Shown piece by piece: positions 60,601-64,000 of a stretch of DNA of 64,000 nt. Position numbers and translations under genes: made by a program. The notes beneath the pieces were generated by a model that worked only from the letters and a program-made list of their open reading frames with translations, searched no databases and was not told the origin of the DNA. The stretch comes from an uncultured Chloroflexia bacterium. Its GTDB lineage: Bacteria > Chloroflexota > Limnocylindria > Limnocylindrales > CSP1-4. How positions within the stretch are numbered: the first letter of the stretch is position 1; each line of letters opens with the position of its first letter. Location of the stretch: NCBI GenBank assembly GCA_963813535.1, contig CAWEZH010000002.1:832001-896000 (forward strand), given 5' to 3'.

Positions 60601-61761
60601 CTAGCGGCGACCGGCGGCGACCGGGACACGGGCCGCCCCGAGCAGCTCGGTGGCGACCCGGACCACGTCCTGGCTGATGGCTGCGCTGGGATCGGCAAGG
60701 ATGAACGGCACGCCCTCGTTGTTGGAGCGGACCACGAGCTGGCCGTCCGAGACCACGCGATGCTCCGGCACGCGACCCAGGGCGCGCTGGAGGTCGTCGG
60801 CCTCGATGCCACCGTGGCTGTCCGCCCGGTTCACGAGGTAGTGGACCTTGGTCGCCGGATAGCCGATCGAACGGAACGTGTCGGCCATGGCGATCGTGTT
60901 GTGGATCGTCGTCGAGTCGTATGTGACGATCTCGACGATCGTGTCGCTCGAGTCCATGAAGCCGAGATTGATGTCGTTGATCGAGCTCGACATGTCGATG
61001 ACGATCACCGAATAGACGCGGCGCAGCAGCGAGAGGACCTTCTCGATGTCGCGCGGGGTGATCATCTCCGCCATCTCGATCCGCGGCGGGGCGAGCAGGA
61101 TGTCGATGCCGGAGGGGTCGCGCCAGAGGACGTCGGTCAGATCCGCTTCCGAGATGCGGTCCGTCGGCAGGTCGAGGATCGATGGCGCGTCGATGGGGAC
61201 CTTCAGCAGCGCCCGAAGGTCGCCGAACTGGACGCTGCCGTCGATGACCACGGTCCGCAGCTCCATCTGGGCCATCGCGACGGCGAGGTTGAACGCGATC
61301 GTGGTCTTGCCGACGCCGCCCTTCGGGGCGAAGACGGAGATCACGCGCGTGTGACCCACCGGGGACGTCTCGGCGAACGCCTTCTTGACGCCGGAGATCT
61401 TGTTCATCAACTCGAAGCCGGAGAACGGCATCGACAGGACGGCATGGACGCCCTTCGCCGGATCGACCTCGATCGGGTTCTGGGGCACGGTCAGCACGAT
61501 GACTGGCACGTTCAGGCCGGCGGCGTGGATCTGCTCGACGAGCTTGGGTCCCTTGATGCGGCCCTGGAGCAGCGCATCGACCATCACCACGTCCGGTCGG
61601 AGCTGCGCGATCTGCTCGACCGCACGCCCGCCGTCGGACAGGACATCGAGCAACTTCACCACCTGCTGGGCGTTCAGCAGCCCGCGGATGTACTGGGCGA
61701 CTTGAGGCACGTCCTCGACGATCAGGAGGCGCGTCTGGTCGCTGCTCGAACCACTCGACAT
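60601..61761 (-). CDS. Receiver domain plus CpaE/MinD-like ATPase
   Basis: LLIVED...VMVD receiver; KGGVGKTT deviant Walker A; QFGD, VNR, NEGVP. Confidence 0.85.
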   Translation of the reverse strand: MSSGSSSDQTRLLIVEDVPQVAQYIRGLLNAQQVVKLLDVLSDGGRAVEQIAQLRPDVVMVDALLQGRIKGPKLVEQIHAAGLNVPVIVLTVPQNPIEVDPAKGVHAVLSMPFSGFELMNKISGVKKAFAETSPVGHTRVISVFAPKGGVGKTTIAFNLAVAMAQMELRTVVIDGSVQFGDLRALLKVPIDAPSILDLPTDRISEADLTDVLWRDPSGIDILLAPPRIEMAEMITPRDIEKVLSLLRRVYSVIVIDMSSSINDINLGFMDSSDTIVEIVTYDSTTIHNTIAMADTFRSIGYPATKVHYLVNRADSHGGIEADDLQRALGRVPEHRVVSDGQLVVRSNNEGVPFILADPSAAISQDVVRVATELLGAARVPVAAGRR

Positions 61762-61815
61762 GGGGCTCGACGATACCACGGGGCTACCTGAACGACGCGG
61801 ACCGCGCCGGGGTCA

Positions 61816-62604
61816 TCACGGCCGCTCCGCGATGACGACCGCGCGCTCCGAGCCGGGCCCGATCGGTGTCAGGTCGTAGCCGCCCGCGACGATCTCGACG
61901 CGCAGGCCGGCGTCCTCCGCGAACCACGCGAGCTCCTCGGCCGAGACGAGTCGCAATCGGTCCTGGCGGATCCAGCGGCGCGGCGTGCCACCGTGCGCTG
62001 CCTCGTCGAAGAACGCGGTCAGCACCATCGTCGCCGTGGCCGCGTCGTGCACCGCCGAGCCGGTCTTCGTGACCAACGTCCCGCTCGCCGGATCCTCGCG
62101 GATCCACTCGAGGATCAGCCGGCCGTCGTATCGCCCGAGGTCATCGCCGTCGGGCAGCCACGCGTCGACCACGGCGATGCCACCCGGGCGCAGGTGGGCG
62201 GCCAGCGTGCGGAACGCCTCGCGTTGCGCGTCCCTGGTAGGCAGCAGCATGATCGAGTTCAGCGCGAGGACCGCGAGGGCATGACGGGGCGTGCCCGCCG
62301 GTCGGAGGCCGACGAGGTCCGCCTCGACGAGCTCGAGCTGCCCGTCGGCAAGCCCCGCGTCCGACGAGCGGCGACGCGCCCTCGCGAGCATCTGCGGGTC
62401 GACGTCGACGGCCGTGACCTCGTGGCCGGCGAGGGCGAGCGGGACGGCGAGCCGACCACTCCCCGCGGCGAGCTCGAGGATCGGGCCGTCGGCCCGGTCG
62501 GCCAGCGCCCGGTACAGGTCCAGGTCGCCCGGGTCGTCCTGGAGGTCGAGGTCGTAGAACCGAGCGAGCTCGCTGGCGGTGGCAGGATCGGGCGGCTCGA
62601 TCAA
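61816..62604 (-). CDS. Class I SAM-dependent methyltransferase
   Basis: ARFYD, ILELAAGSGR, AVDVD, HLRPGG. Confidence 0.88.
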   Translation of the reverse strand: MIEPPDPATASELARFYDLDLQDDPGDLDLYRALADRADGPILELAAGSGRLAVPLALAGHEVTAVDVDPQMLARARRRSSDAGLADGQLELVEADLVGLRPAGTPRHALAVLALNSIMLLPTRDAQREAFRTLAAHLRPGGIAVVDAWLPDGDDLGRYDGRLILEWIREDPASGTLVTKTGSAVHDAATATMVLTAFFDEAAHGGTPRRWIRQDRLRLVSAEELAWFAEDAGLRVEIVAGGYDLTPIGPGSERAVVIAERP

Positions 62605-63659
62605 CCCGCGCTCGGCTCCCAGCGCACGGGCCGCCCGGCTGCCTTGCGGACCGCGAGCGCGCTGATGGCCTCGAGTGCCGCGCGGTTCGCCGCCATGGCG
62701 GTCGCCTCAGCGTGGTCGTACGGTGGCGACACCTCCACGATGTCCATCCCCGCGAGGTCGACCGCACCGACGATCTGGCGGACGGCCCGAAGGACCTCTC
62801 GCGTCAGCATGCCGCCGGGTTCCGGTGTCCCCGTGCCCGGCGCCATCCCCGGGTCGATCACGTCGATGTCGAGGCTCAGGTAGACGTAGTCCGGGCCGTC
62901 GAGCGCCTCCTCGATCGCCTGGGCGATGACCGACTCGGCGCCGCGTTCCTCGATCTCGCGCATGAAGTGGTAGCGCAGGCCGTTCGACTTCATCCATTCG
63001 AACGTCTCGACCGGCGGCCAGTAGCCACGGAGCCCGACCTGGACGAAGTTCCGGCCGGCCACCGCGCCAGACTCGACCAGTCGGCGCATCGGGGTGCCGT
63101 GCCCGGCCAGCACGCCCCAGTCGTCGTTCGCGGTATCCGCGTGGGCATCGAAATGGACGATGCCGATGCTGCCCGGGCGGCGCACCTCGGCGACGGCCGT
63201 CGCGGACGGCCAGGTGATCGAATGATCGCCACCCAGGACGATCGGGATCGCGCCGGTATCGGCCACCTCGCGGACCTTCCGATAGATGAGGGCATGGGCG
63301 CGCTCGATCCAGGCCGGGATGATGTTCGCGTCGCCCGCGTCGACGACGTCGAGGATCTCGAACGGCTCGACGTCGAGCTGTAGCGAGTTGATGGAGCCGG
63401 AGGTGTACTGCGCCTGGCGGATCGCGCGCGGCCCGAACCGTGCCCCCGAGCGATGACTCACCGCGTCGTCGAACGGCGCGCCGATGATCGCCACGTCGGC
63501 CTTGCGTGCCGCAAGCTCGGCGGCGTCGGTGATCCACGGCAGCTTCATGAAGCTCACGCCGCCGACGTAGGTCGGCAGCTCGAAGTCGGTGAACGTCTCG
63601 AATTCGCGATCCCAGCCGTTCATGGCCGCGAAGTCGGGGTCGTGGGGGCGCTCGGCCAC
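62601..63659 (-). CDS. speB: Agmatinase / ureohydrolase
   Basis: GARFGP, GGDHS, DAHAD, SLDIDVIDP, PGTGTPEPGG, EVSP. Confidence 0.85.
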   Translation of the reverse strand: MAERPHDPDFAAMNGWDREFETFTDFELPTYVGGVSFMKLPWITDAAELAARKADVAIIGAPFDDAVSHRSGARFGPRAIRQAQYTSGSINSLQLDVEPFEILDVVDAGDANIIPAWIERAHALIYRKVREVADTGAIPIVLGGDHSITWPSATAVAEVRRPGSIGIVHFDAHADTANDDWGVLAGHGTPMRRLVESGAVAGRNFVQVGLRGYWPPVETFEWMKSNGLRYHFMREIEERGAESVIAQAIEEALDGPDYVYLSLDIDVIDPGMAPGTGTPEPGGMLTREVLRAVRQIVGAVDLAGMDIVEVSPPYDHAEATAMAANRAALEAISALAVRKAAGRPVRWEPSAG

Positions 63660-63804
63660 GTGGTCCTCCCGGAGACGGGCGCGGTCCGCTGTGGGGCCGC
63701 GGGATGGACGGATCCGTCTCGTTCGGGGCGCCGCCGGTTCGCGATCGAGCGTCCAGCGGGGCGCGCCGGCGCGATGGTACACCCCGGCGTGCGCCCGGCC
63801 CGCC

Positions 63805-64000
63805 TCAGTCGTCCCGGAACGCGGCCCATGCGGCGTCGACCAGAGACGCGTCCAGGAACAGGTCGACCGCCGTCTGCGCGACGAGCGTGGCGGCGAGCAG
63901 CGTCGTCTCGTCGGCACGCCGCGAGACCGAAGCGTCGCGGAATGCCGTCGAATGTCCGGCCACGCCCTCGTCGCAGATGGCGAGGTCGGGATGGATGGTC
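63805..64000 (-). CDS. 3' end of an M20 family amidohydrolase (partial)
   Basis: Translates to TIHPDLAICDEGVAGHSTAF...AQTAVDLF...AAWAAFRDD*. Confidence 0.65.
   Translation of the reverse strand, partial: TIHPDLAICDEGVAGHSTAFRDASVSRRADETTLLAATLVAQTAVDLFLDASLVDAAWAAFRDD

Noticed and set aside
62601-63659. Agmatinase as a streptidine (guanidino-cyclitol) hydrolase, or a guanidine riboswitch upstream of it
   Set aside because: It lies about 8 kb outside the cluster among housekeeping genes, with no operator and no recognisable riboswitch consensus.

Overview
High-GC bacterial chromosomal window. Gene content, the Gram-positive-type LexA box and frequent leaderless promoters suggest Chloroflexota, possibly Limnocylindria; this is inference only. 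The left part (1-20.5 kb) holds mostly housekeeping genes: TrpB2, ThpR, PPase, a DnaB-C-only ATPase, M20 dipeptidase, ftsH, tRNA-Met, a VanW protein, a frameshifted flotillin with NfeD, an FtsB-like gene, and an mrfAB-like helicase/exonuclease pair behind a LexA box. It also contains an HTH plus restriction-endonuclease-like gene followed by an array of 17-bp palindromic repeats with mostly 34-bp unique spacers. The middle (20.5-54.9 kb) is a 34-kb inositol/aminocyclitol catabolic cluster: iolG, two iolE-like genes, iolD, iolB, five Gfo/Idh/MocA dehydrogenases (including iolG), three PLP aminotransferases, a PHP-fold hydrolase, two ABC importers and two LacI regulators with recognisable operators. 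It has no iolC/iolJ, but a transaldolase-family gene is coupled to iolB. The right part holds pfkB, ychF, murI, a REC-CpaE protein, a methyltransferase and an agmatinase. Functional calls come from motif recognition by eye; no database searches were run.
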